DNA from: Candidatus Thorarchaeota archaeon
Lineage (GTDB): Archaea > Asgardarchaeota > Thorarchaeia > Thorarchaeales > Thorarchaeaceae
Assembly (NCBI GenBank): GCA_048882325.1
Contig: JBHLRS010000001.1
Span: 32,001-96,000 of the forward strand
Direction of reading: 5' to 3'
DNA length: 64,000 bases
Shown: piece by piece, positions 49,209 through 58,986 of the stretch
How positions within the stretch are numbered: position 1 is the stretch's first letter
Layout of the letters: every line of letters begins with the position of its first letter
Notes under the pieces: model-generated
What the model was told of the DNA's origin: nothing
Database searches by the model: none
The model's input: only the letters and a program-made list of their open reading frames with translations
Made by a program: the position numbers and the translations under genes

Positions 49209-52200
49209 TACACGACGAAGCTATTCACCAAAGTATTCTCTCTCGCTGTACTGGCTCTATTCTCCTTATCACTTTTCATGACTCCTCCTATTGCAGACAT
49301 CTCAACTGAGGAGTCACTCACAGCTCCAATTTCTTATTCTAGGTATAATCCATACTCAATCGCTGATTACCCTGAGAATTATACCAGAGTCGATTGGGAT
49401 CTAGGGACAGTAAACGAAGAAAACACACACAATTGGAGTTCGAGTCATTATCGATTTGGACCAACAATTAATTGGCATACAAGAAATACAACTGATTCTA
49501 CATTGATTACCTGGAATGATGAAATCGCAATCAATGAGTATGTCGATTTCAGAATTGAGATACCATACAGCTCTCTTGGTGGACAGACCCCATTTGGAGT
49601 CTATCTCATGGGACAATACTTCAACATGTCTGCATTAGCAAACAGTGAAGGTCAGTTCTATATGAGCGGCAACTCACCCATAATGTTCATGGTCTGGTAT
49701 AACATATCGGGCGGCAACTGGCTCACTTTCAGTAGCACAAATACAACCTGGCCTGAAGCGCCACCTGCTGAGCTGCCACCTGGTTTTGCATTGAGTGACG
49801 TCTTTGGAACAGAAGTTTCCCCCTTCATGGAGATGAACATGGCGGCATCGGGATATGTCGCAGGAGCAGAGTCCTATTGGGCCAATGTTCGACTGAGATT
49901 CAATTCATCCACTATTGGAGGGTTCTACACAATCTCTTGCGGGGTGCAGGATACCCAACTGCAGACTATTGCTGAGAGCAGATTTGAGGAATTCAACAGT
50001 GGAAGAATCATCGGGACAACATTTGACTTCCTCGTGGATCAAGCTGTTGGTGGGTATTATGACTGGGAAAGAGTTTCTGATGATGGCTTTCCTCTATATT
50101 CCGCCACTCGTGGTGTAGACTTCAACATGACTGCTACTATTACCAATGGGACAAACCTGAGCACAGCTACAGTGCTCTTTGAAATTCCCAATCAGATCAG
50201 GACAAAGAACTGGGTCTATGGCCCATACACAGTGACCGAAGAAGTCACTGGAGTCTGGGAGTTTGATGATGTGAGTGAAACTTACTTCTGGAATGCAACA
50301 AAGACGGTCAACTGGACTTCTCAGAAGGAGGGTTTCCATTACGAGGATGGATACACTTGGTTAGATACTGGAAGGGAATACAACTTCAACGATTATGGCT
50401 TCATTCAGACGAGATGGACAAGTGGTCAGGCTGCAATAGTCTACAATTTCACAACTGGTACATTCACAACTGTTCTTGCTTATCACTACGATAACATGAC
50501 AGAGGTAACAGACCAGTATGGCACGCATTGGGAGAAAATCAACTGGTTCGAGTATGAACCGTGGCCTGTAGATGGCAGTATTCCTCTCCCTTACATCGTG
50601 AACCAGACCACAAGTGAGTCTTATTGGGCAAATGGAAAACTTGTGGTTACTTTCCGAGGTCATATCAGTGACAATATTCGTCCAACAACTCAAGACGATG
50701 GGAATTGGCCACTCAATGTTTGGGAAATTATCACAGATATCCATGGTCGCGGTCTTGCTCCTGCAGCTCGATTGCCATTGTCTTCACCAGAGGACGCAGC
50801 CCAGTATGACCTGCTGAACTCTCTGGCTGTCGAATCACCAGTTTCAATCGTGACTTTGACTCATGGTGGTGAACCATACGAGCCAGATTGGATGTTTTAT
50901 AGCGATATTGGTGTGCCCTTCACTGTAAAATCATGGCTGCAGGGTGGTGCTGATTACATCAATGAGATTGACGGCATAGGATTCTTTATGACCGCCTATG
51001 AGGACAATCGGGGCTTTGATGGCATGTTTGATTGGCACCAGTGGTCTGAAATTGAGATTCAGATTCGAATAGATCCTCATGGTGCAGTCGATGTAGCTGT
51101 CTATAACAGGACTGTTCGAAACCAGTGGATCAATGGTACTTACTGGGACTGGGTCATGGTTGAAGTCATGCCTGGTCGATGGGAGCCTCAATGGAAACTT
51201 ATCGACGACTGGCACTGGGAGGAGTTGACCTGGGACTTTGTTGCAGATGATTGGACTTCAGGATGGCTGTCGTTCGAATCACCAAATCTCAGAATGCCAG
51301 TTCACTGGCTTGATGTTGCTGGTCTCATGATAGATCCTTTAGGCAACGACCTCAGAATATCATTCGATATTATACCTACTCCTGAACTACCGCAGCTAGA
51401 ATGGAGATGGAAGTACTTCTATGGTGATCTTACCTGGGTTATTGACTACGAGTCTGGTTGGGGTGAACACACCGTACTCGGTTGGAACGAGAACACAGTA
51501 TACAGTTACATCAATGGCACATCCAAGCTATACATGGATGAACCAGTTAAGGCTGAAATCTTCAAGGACCAAATAACTCCTGATCTCTATCAGCGTGATA
51601 AGATTCCATATGTCGTGATAAATGGTCAAGAGATTAACCTTGACAAGTATTTGATGACAGATATGGAATACAATTGGGAAGAGACCGTCCGGTCCGAATA
51701 CAACTATTTGACTGGTGAAGAAGAATACTTCATCAAATTTGCAAATGGAACCGAGATACAGGTGTATTCAGGTAGTGCTGGGGTCATTTTCAATATCACA
51801 TTGCCAAATCTGGGAAATGCAAACTTTCTAGCTTGGGGCGATGGACCACAATATGCGGGTATTGATGACCTCTACTACATGCTTGCTGTAAATGGAACTA
51901 TGATTATTCAACCGTGGTTCATCTGGGATCTGTGGATAGCTCAATTCTATGAGGTGGTTGAGGTATCTCAGGTTGAGTATACCTATGTGACTTACCTCAA
52001 TGGTACAAAACCGTTCTATATGAGAGGTTGGCCCGAGTATTTAGGGTACGATCATTATGTGATGTATCGGAATGAAACATATGAACCAGTAGAGTTCTGG
52101 TATGATCCAACGTTTGGATATCACTACTGGAACATGACAGATGGGAAGTTGTACATGTTTGATTGGCCATGGGAGTTGATGACAGGAGTCTACAACTCAC

Positions 52201-55200
52201 AACCATTCTTCATACCACAGTTCATGACTCGCTCTCATGTATATACAGTTGTTTCAGGTAAGGAGTTCCAGCTTCCAGCACCCGGAATTCCCATGTGGAG
52301 TCCTTGGGAATTGAATGATCTTGAAAATATCATCAATCCTGCAACAGGCCGCTACTTTGCAAAGGAGTACGCTATCGTTGATGGTGTACCCTATGAGGCA
52401 ATTAAGTTGCCAATGCAGGAGTGGGAACCAATCTTTGGTTACTGGTATGATATCTATCAGATTGATACCGGAGTAATCCGCAATCTAACTGATTGGAGTA
52501 TGAATCCAGCAGGTAGGTTCAACTATGATGTTGGTGACTACATGAAGAACCTGCCATGGACCACAGTCGCAAACGGAACTATTTGGGTGCCCACTGTTGC
52601 TCAAGAGGACTGGACCGTTGCTGTCGGTCATCGCGACACGCAGACTTACGAGTTTGTTGCTGATGGCTGGCTAGACCTCCAAACTGGGTATTATGATGGA
52701 GATTATCAAACAAGCATGATCTCTGATTGGAACACGACTGGAGGATATGACTATGTCCTGACAATGAGTGGGGAGAAGTTCTTCTATAACGAAACTTGGA
52801 GAGCAACATTCCTCAACATCTCATTGTCTAATGGTACATTCTTCTATTCGCGAATGGACAATCCAGTCGCAGAGCCAATTGATATTACACAACCAGAGAT
52901 TGACCGCTATTTTATGATTGACATCTACGGCAACTATCAAGGATGGCGAGGATGGATGGACTTCACGGCACAGCTAGTGTTCGTGGAAGATGTCTTGGGA
53001 GACCCATTCCCTGGTAGTGGGTCATTCTTCTGGAATGGCACTTACCAACCCATCATCCAGTATCCTGTTGATTACTGGGAATGGGATGGATCCATGTGGT
53101 TCAACAGGACTTTCATTGAAGACAATATCGTGCCGCATTACTACAATTTCCTACAGTCTGCTCTGAATGGATCAATGTACGAAATCGTGTCATTGCAGCA
53201 AATCCCTGAGAGTTACAAATTTAACTTCCCCTCATGGGCGTTCAATGTGAGTGGAACCGAGTATCATGCTTTCGGAGCGAAGGAGCTGCTTTATCAAGCC
53301 TTTAAAACTCAGGGCTATAGCAGGAAGCTGGATTATGCGCCTCTTCCAATTTCGATTGTCCGTTCTCAGGAAGTTATCGTATATGGTGTTCCTGCTTATG
53401 GAATGTGGGATCACGAGGTCTGGACAATTGATCCTCTAACTGGAGCACTTGATCTAGATGGCGATCTTAGTACCACTGTAGATCAGTTTTATGTGAAGGA
53501 GATTCACTCCAGCACAGACTACTTCAACATAACTCAGCAGTATCTTGATGTTTCTATCCTCTGGGAACCTGATAATACCACCTATGCTGATGAGTTCTAC
53601 CTACACTCATACACAGGAATGGTCACATTCAACTGGACCTATGACTGGAGTGAGTTAAACATCTGGACTCATGCAGACACTGGAGCGACCTTGACTTCAG
53701 GTGAATACGCAACAATTTACAATGTGTTGTTCGATTCATATGGGAATCCACAACCAGGGTATTGGGGCATAGCATGGATGTTTGAGAATCGGACATATGC
53801 TGATGTGATCAATCAGGCTAAGGATGAAGGTTGGGACTGGGTAGAAGACAATTCTCAGGAATGGAGTTGGCTTTGGTGGGAGCTTGATGAGCAATACAGC
53901 ACTGTGGTGAGCAATGGTACTCATTCAGATCTAATGGATATCAATCTCGCATACCAGTATGCAGGTATGTTTGCGTGGAATGACACAAACAGTGACAACT
54001 TCATGGACATCTCTTCTGAAAGTTTGGGTGACGCAGAGCTAACCCACTATTGGATGCCTATAAATGTCGAATCTGTGAGTTTCACCACGCCCGGTGAAGC
54101 TTGGGGCAATCTCAACACAACAGATTCAGAGTATCGATCCGTTGATGAAACAATAGACTTTGGCGTCACATTCAACAACGTGACTGGAGAGGTCTATCCA
54201 TTCGGTGTACGATCATACTTTGATTGGTACGAAGATGCATACTATGGCTCTGACTTTGTTGACTTTGATGAACGACCCACCGAGTGTCTTACAGAAGAGT
54301 TCTCGATTGATGTACACTTTACAGGTGCAGTTAACCAGACCGATGACTCTGGTATCGCAGAGGTCAAGTTTGACATCACCGTAGGAGACTGGGAGATGTA
54401 CACACCTGGTGGAGATGATGCTCTAGATGGGCGAAGTCTCGCAGTTTCGTTTTATAGTGACATCACTATCCTCACGAGTGGTGGAATGACTGCTAATGCT
54501 ACCTACATTGATGACTTAGGTCAGACAGTAACCAATGACCAAGCTGCAGCATCTTACAACTTCACAATGGCTAGTGGCCTGAGTGATGTCGCTTTGATGA
54601 GCTTGGGTGGTTCACCCTACACCTGGACAAAGAACACGTCTATGCCAGTTACAGTTGACGCTCAGACAATTCCAGTCGATGCGTTCAGTGCAATCTATGT
54701 GTCTGGTGGAGGACATTCAGCTACGACATTCTCAGTAGCATCCACACAGTTCTACACCGTAATTGGTTTCCCACAATGGGATGGTTGGGCAGTAACAGTT
54801 GACCCAATCTTTGTTGGTTACATCTCACCAGGAACTCCAGATAGTGAGGCACCGAGTTTCGGTACTACAATACACTCAGCTGTTCAGATAACAGGTGTGG
54901 ATAATGTCCACATTGAAGCAAGCGTCACAGATGGTGGAGGTTCTGGTCTTGCGGGAGTCAAAGTTTGGGACATTGACAACAATATTAATCATACAATGAC
55001 CTACGATGAAGGCCGAAGTGTGTGGGAGGTTGACATTGCTCGAACGATTGATGGTCGTTACAACTTCAACTATAGAATTGTAGCTGAAGACAATGCTGGT
55101 AATGAAGCCACAACCACAATTCAGTCCTTCCTGTTCAGAGATAATCTTCCTCCAACGATAGACTCCCTGAACATTGTCAATGGAACTGATATCTACGGTG

Positions 55201-55931
55201 ACGAGATTGCTACAGTCACTGCAACTGCATCTGACACTGGTGGGTCAGGTATTGACTATGTTGTCTTATCTTACTGGAACACAACTGGAGTATACAACAT
55301 AACCATGGCATACTCCGCAGGTGAATACAGTGGTGAGATTCCAAACCATGCACCTGGAACCATTGTACAATATGGTATTACCGTGTACGACATTGATGGC
55401 AACCTCGACTGGAGTGGATGGGACACGTTCACCTTTGCAACTGGCGGAGCTCCTGATACAGTAAGTCCGTCGATTACGCTGGTGTTTCACGACCCAGCTA
55501 GTCCAGCATCAACTGATGCTGTTACTGTTTCAGCTGACATTCAGGATGTTTCTGGAGTTGCATCAGCTGTTCTACAGTACAAGGTTGATGGTGGAGCATG
55601 GAACAATGTGACAATGACTTCAGTAGGAACAACCTACAGTGCTACCATTCCTTCGCAGGCTGATGGCGTAACTGTCACATACCGAATTGTTGCATATGAT
55701 ACAGTCGGGAATGAGGCAGTTTCTGGTGAATTCTCCTACAATGTAGAGGATGTTGCCACAACAACTATACCAACTGGGCCAACAACCACCGAAACTCCAA
55801 CATCACCAACCGAACCAACAGGACCTCCTGGTCCCGGACCTGGTGATCAAGAAACCCTGCTCATGGTTTACGGAGCCTTTGGAGCACTTGTTGTGATTGT
55901 TCTGGCTCTAGCAGCTCGTAGACGTAAGTAG
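49206..55931 (+). CDS. Giant (2241 aa) secreted, C-terminally anchored cell-surface glycoprotein
   Basis: Signal peptide; many NxS/T sequons; Trp/Tyr-rich beta region; three Ig-like repeats (D.xxP...A.D.AGN); Thr/Pro linker; TM + RRRK. Confidence 0.85.
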   Translation: MYTTKLFTKVFSLAVLALFSLSLFMTPPIADISTEESLTAPISYSRYNPYSIADYPENYTRVDWDLGTVNEENTHNWSSSHYRFGPTINWHTRNTTDSTLITWNDEIAINEYVDFRIEIPYSSLGGQTPFGVYLMGQYFNMSALANSEGQFYMSGNSPIMFMVWYNISGGNWLTFSSTNTTWPEAPPAELPPGFALSDVFGTEVSPFMEMNMAASGYVAGAESYWANVRLRFNSSTIGGFYTISCGVQDTQLQTIAESRFEEFNSGRIIGTTFDFLVDQAVGGYYDWERVSDDGFPLYSATRGVDFNMTATITNGTNLSTATVLFEIPNQIRTKNWVYGPYTVTEEVTGVWEFDDVSETYFWNATKTVNWTSQKEGFHYEDGYTWLDTGREYNFNDYGFIQTRWTSGQAAIVYNFTTGTFTTVLAYHYDNMTEVTDQYGTHWEKINWFEYEPWPVDGSIPLPYIVNQTTSESYWANGKLVVTFRGHISDNIRPTTQDDGNWPLNVWEIITDIHGRGLAPAARLPLSSPEDAAQYDLLNSLAVESPVSIVTLTHGGEPYEPDWMFYSDIGVPFTVKSWLQGGADYINEIDGIGFFMTAYEDNRGFDGMFDWHQWSEIEIQIRIDPHGAVDVAVYNRTVRNQWINGTYWDWVMVEVMPGRWEPQWKLIDDWHWEELTWDFVADDWTSGWLSFESPNLRMPVHWLDVAGLMIDPLGNDLRISFDIIPTPELPQLEWRWKYFYGDLTWVIDYESGWGEHTVLGWNENTVYSYINGTSKLYMDEPVKAEIFKDQITPDLYQRDKIPYVVINGQEINLDKYLMTDMEYNWEETVRSEYNYLTGEEEYFIKFANGTEIQVYSGSAGVIFNITLPNLGNANFLAWGDGPQYAGIDDLYYMLAVNGTMIIQPWFIWDLWIAQFYEVVEVSQVEYTYVTYLNGTKPFYMRGWPEYLGYDHYVMYRNETYEPVEFWYDPTFGYHYWNMTDGKLYMFDWPWELMTGVYNSQPFFIPQFMTRSHVYTVVSGKEFQLPAPGIPMWSPWELNDLENIINPATGRYFAKEYAIVDGVPYEAIKLPMQEWEPIFGYWYDIYQIDTGVIRNLTDWSMNPAGRFNYDVGDYMKNLPWTTVANGTIWVPTVAQEDWTVAVGHRDTQTYEFVADGWLDLQTGYYDGDYQTSMISDWNTTGGYDYVLTMSGEKFFYNETWRATFLNISLSNGTFFYSRMDNPVAEPIDITQPEIDRYFMIDIYGNYQGWRGWMDFTAQLVFVEDVLGDPFPGSGSFFWNGTYQPIIQYPVDYWEWDGSMWFNRTFIEDNIVPHYYNFLQSALNGSMYEIVSLQQIPESYKFNFPSWAFNVSGTEYHAFGAKELLYQAFKTQGYSRKLDYAPLPISIVRSQEVIVYGVPAYGMWDHEVWTIDPLTGALDLDGDLSTTVDQFYVKEIHSSTDYFNITQQYLDVSILWEPDNTTYADEFYLHSYTGMVTFNWTYDWSELNIWTHADTGATLTSGEYATIYNVLFDSYGNPQPGYWGIAWMFENRTYADVINQAKDEGWDWVEDNSQEWSWLWWELDEQYSTVVSNGTHSDLMDINLAYQYAGMFAWNDTNSDNFMDISSESLGDAELTHYWMPINVESVSFTTPGEAWGNLNTTDSEYRSVDETIDFGVTFNNVTGEVYPFGVRSYFDWYEDAYYGSDFVDFDERPTECLTEEFSIDVHFTGAVNQTDDSGIAEVKFDITVGDWEMYTPGGDDALDGRSLAVSFYSDITILTSGGMTANATYIDDLGQTVTNDQAAASYNFTMASGLSDVALMSLGGSPYTWTKNTSMPVTVDAQTIPVDAFSAIYVSGGGHSATTFSVASTQFYTVIGFPQWDGWAVTVDPIFVGYISPGTPDSEAPSFGTTIHSAVQITGVDNVHIEASVTDGGGSGLAGVKVWDIDNNINHTMTYDEGRSVWEVDIARTIDGRYNFNYRIVAEDNAGNEATTTIQSFLFRDNLPPTIDSLNIVNGTDIYGDEIATVTATASDTGGSGIDYVVLSYWNTTGVYNITMAYSAGEYSGEIPNHAPGTIVQYGITVYDIDGNLDWSGWDTFTFATGGAPDTVSPSITLVFHDPASPASTDAVTVSADIQDVSGVASAVLQYKVDGGAWNNVTMTSVGTTYSATIPSQADGVTVTYRIVAYDTVGNEAVSGEFSYNVEDVATTTIPTGPTTTETPTSPTEPTGPPGPGPGDQETLLMVYGAFGALVVIVLALAARRRK

Positions 55932-55938
55932 AATATAT

Positions 55939-55970
55939 GGCGGGCCTTGTGCCCGCTTTACTCTCTTTTT
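55939..55970 (+). terminator. Hairpin + U-tract terminator
   Basis: GCGGGC-CTTGT-GCCCGC followed by TTTACTCTCTTTTT. Confidence 0.7.
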
Positions 55971-55986
55971 CAAGCTCTGAGTCATG

Positions 55987-56385
55987 TCACTCGAGTTGAG
56001 ATTTTAACTTCTCATGGAAAAATCTTACACCTGCAAGGTGTGCTTCATAAGTGCAGTTGAAAAGGTCATAGGAGATACCAGTAACAGGTATGGCATTGCG
56101 AATCATCAGAAAGTCTCTCTTATCAATTCCAAAATTGACCTCAACAAGTGTCGCATTTGATTTCAATAATTTCTCATAGATCCCTTTCTTGCTCTTGGTA
56201 GGAACATTAGATAAGTCCATTAATCTAGTTGTGAGTGTGATCCAATTTTTTCCGGGAAAGACTTCAATAATCTTGGCTTCAATTGGTCCATATGGATACA
56301 GACTGAATGTCTTTCGACCATGCTCTTCAAAGTCAATCTCTAATCTTTTCAGATACTCTTTCGCAATGAACCATGTTGTGCTCAT
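55987..56385 (-). CDS. YbjN / type-III-chaperone-fold protein
   Basis: 132 aa; 'IYEKLLKSNATLVEVNFGID...L' pattern. Confidence 0.6.
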   Translation of the reverse strand: MSTTWFIAKEYLKRLEIDFEEHGRKTFSLYPYGPIEAKIIEVFPGKNWITLTTRLMDLSNVPTKSKKGIYEKLLKSNATLVEVNFGIDKRDFLMIRNAIPVTGISYDLFNCTYEAHLAGVRFFHEKLKSQLE

Positions 56386-56526
56386 CTATTCTCGTTCCTG
56401 CCTGAGGACTCTCCTCACTTCACCAATTGTTTCCGCAGTTTAGACTAGTGACCTATGGGCAAATACTAGTAAAAGTCTTCGCTTTTCCAGAAGGCTAGGT
56501 TTCTAAGGTATATTCTTTTTCGTTCT

Positions 56527-57762
56527 TTATGAGGTTGGCAGTCGGATGATGAATTTTGTACCACCTAGGTCTGGATCATCAACTAATTCAATGGAACCTT
56601 TGTGAGATTCTAGGACAAATTTAGAGAGATATAGTCCGACGCCCCCTTCCTCTGATTGAGATTTTGATCCCCGTCGAAAGAGAAATTCTCTCTTTTCAAT
56701 AGGAATGCCCGGCCCATCATCACTTATAGAGATTACAAAGTTATCTTCTTCAAGAGAAATATCAACAAAAACAGTTGGTGATTCTCCAGCATATTGCGCC
56801 GCATTTCTGAAGATATTTTGCCAAACCATTGGAAGAAGTCTGCTTGCAGTGAAAGCACACTTGCTAACTTCTTTTTCGCCAGTGACTTTTATTTTCAGAT
56901 GTCTATGTGTCTTTTGAGAATCGAGTGCAACTTCCTCTATATGTTTGACTAAATCCATTTCTGGTAGCTCAAGTGGCATAGAAAAGACATGAAGTAATTG
57001 CACCATTCTATTGCCAAGGTCAATTGATTGAGTGAGATTCTGATTGACTTTATTGATGTCGATATCAAGAAACAGCTGAGCCAGCTCAATTGAGCTTAGA
57101 ATGGCCTGCAAATCATTCCTTAGATCGTGTCGCAACAGCTGGGTATACACCTCAAGCTCCCACTGTTGTCTTGTCAAGTCACTATTGCTCTGCTCAACCT
57201 GCTCAATGTATTGCTCCAATGTATAGGATGCTACAAGAATGAAGAATGTAACAACGATAGCAGTACCAATGTGACTGTCAAATTCCGTAATTGGAATGCC
57301 AAATATGACATTCACAATGAAAACCATTGTTGAAATCATAACTACTCCTTGAGCAAAAACAACAGTAGTCCTTGTGAGTAATGCACCACCCACTAGTGCA
57401 ACCATAAACCAGACCATTAATCGAGGTAGATCATTTGGTTGCCAGCTAGTCCCAAATAGAAAGATGGTGACTGGTAATATTGTGATTGCAGCTACCGTAG
57501 TTGTCTGAACCACATCATAATACTTGGTTCTTGTTCCCAAATACATGAAGAACACTAGTAGAATCGCACTAAGATATGTGGGAGTGGAGAAGAAAACGAG
57601 TTCACTTGTGAATTGCGCGAAGGAGAATATTGGAATTGCGATGAGAAGAAATGACGAGAGGAGACGTGATTGCTGTCTTTTTCTCAAACCCTGTACGGAT
57701 GGATGTGGTTCGATAAGACTGGAAAGGAATTTACCCACATCACTGAGAAACCCCTCATTCAT
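56527..57762 (-). CDS. Membrane sensor histidine kinase
   Basis: About 6 TM; H-box LRHDLRN, N-box NIFRNA, G1 DDGPGI, G2 GVGLY. Confidence 0.92.
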   Translation of the reverse strand: MNEGFLSDVGKFLSSLIEPHPSVQGLRKRQQSRLLSSFLLIAIPIFSFAQFTSELVFFSTPTYLSAILLVFFMYLGTRTKYYDVVQTTTVAAITILPVTIFLFGTSWQPNDLPRLMVWFMVALVGGALLTRTTVVFAQGVVMISTMVFIVNVIFGIPITEFDSHIGTAIVVTFFILVASYTLEQYIEQVEQSNSDLTRQQWELEVYTQLLRHDLRNDLQAILSSIELAQLFLDIDINKVNQNLTQSIDLGNRMVQLLHVFSMPLELPEMDLVKHIEEVALDSQKTHRHLKIKVTGEKEVSKCAFTASRLLPMVWQNIFRNAAQYAGESPTVFVDISLEEDNFVISISDDGPGIPIEKREFLFRRGSKSQSEEGGVGLYLSKFVLESHKGSIELVDDPDLGGTKFIIRLPTS

Positions 57763-57927
57763 ATTAGCACCTTTTTCATTGCTCAGTCTAAATCAGAGTT
57801 TGTGAAATATAAGGAAAGTTCGTCTAGTTCTTCTAATCATAAAACAGAATCTGGTAAAATGGGATAGAGAATACGACCATCCATACAGTAACTAAAGATA
57901 AATCAATGACATCAATTTCGTTTTACT

Positions 57928-58947
57928 ATGGACTCATCCGCCCTCTTAAGATATCTTCAATCAAAATTCACCGATCGTAACTCTCTACAAATCGTAAACT
58001 ACAAAGACATCACTAGCGGATGGGAAACTCAAATCTACGCATTCGATTTGAGGTGGGAAGTCAATCAAAAGGAAGAGAGCGAGCATCTTATTGTGAGGGT
58101 GTATGCTCCTGGAATCAGCGAGAAGACTGAACATGAAGCTAGAGTCATGAAGCAACTATCCACGATGGACTACCCTGTACCAATGGTACATATCACAGAA
58201 ACTGATGAGTCTCTACTCGGTAAACCCTTCATGATAATGGACAGAATAACTGGGAGTACTCTTGAAGACAAAATATCGGTGCCTAATGCTGACTTCTCAA
58301 AATGGTTGCGAGTTTTTAGTGAGTTGTTTGTTAAACTGCACAATCTTGACTGGACAGTCTTCCTTTCTGATCCTAACATCATACCTAAAGATGACCCTTA
58401 TTTCATAATCAACACAATGCTCTCAGACTATCGAGTCAAGATAACACAATATGATAAGGAGGAGCTCTTGCCTATTGTTGAGTGGCTTGAAACTAATGCG
58501 AATCGAGTGCCATGCTACAGGCCCTCTGTCACTCACGGCGATTTCCATCCAATGAACATCATGATTGATGACGATGAACTTCCATATGTGATTGATTGGG
58601 GCGCAGCTGGCGTGAGAGATTTTAGAATGGACCTTGCGTGGACATTACTACTTACTAGAGCATACTCGACTCAAGAGAATCATGATTTCATCCTCAAAGG
58701 GTACGAGGATGAGGTAGGGCATCAGATCAATGAAATCGAATATTTCGAAGTTCTTGCCATACTCCGTCGTCTGTTTGATGTACTAGTTTCTATGGATGAG
58801 GGAGCAACTTCGCGAGGAATGCGAGAAGGTGCAGTAGAACTAATTAGGGAACAAATGGGTCACGTCAAGGTCGTTTACTCTTTGCTTGTTGAGATGACTG
58901 AGATTCAAATTCCAGAAGTGGAATCTTGGATTGACAGCTTTCTCTAA
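57928..58947 (+). CDS. APH/choline-kinase-like phosphotransferase
   Basis: GWET, YPVP, PFMIMDRI.G, HGDFHPMN, VIDW. Confidence 0.88.
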   Translation: MDSSALLRYLQSKFTDRNSLQIVNYKDITSGWETQIYAFDLRWEVNQKEESEHLIVRVYAPGISEKTEHEARVMKQLSTMDYPVPMVHITETDESLLGKPFMIMDRITGSTLEDKISVPNADFSKWLRVFSELFVKLHNLDWTVFLSDPNIIPKDDPYFIINTMLSDYRVKITQYDKEELLPIVEWLETNANRVPCYRPSVTHGDFHPMNIMIDDDELPYVIDWGAAGVRDFRMDLAWTLLLTRAYSTQENHDFILKGYEDEVGHQINEIEYFEVLAILRRLFDVLVSMDEGATSRGMREGAVELIREQMGHVKVVYSLLVEMTEIQIPEVESWIDSFL

Positions 58948-58986
58948 TTATTGAGGTCGTTCCTGCTATCACTATGATTTATCACT

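Noticed and set aside
56527-57762. Histidine kinase as part of the GTPase signalling cluster
   Set aside because: Separated from it by three unrelated genes, two on the opposite strand; orphan kinases are common
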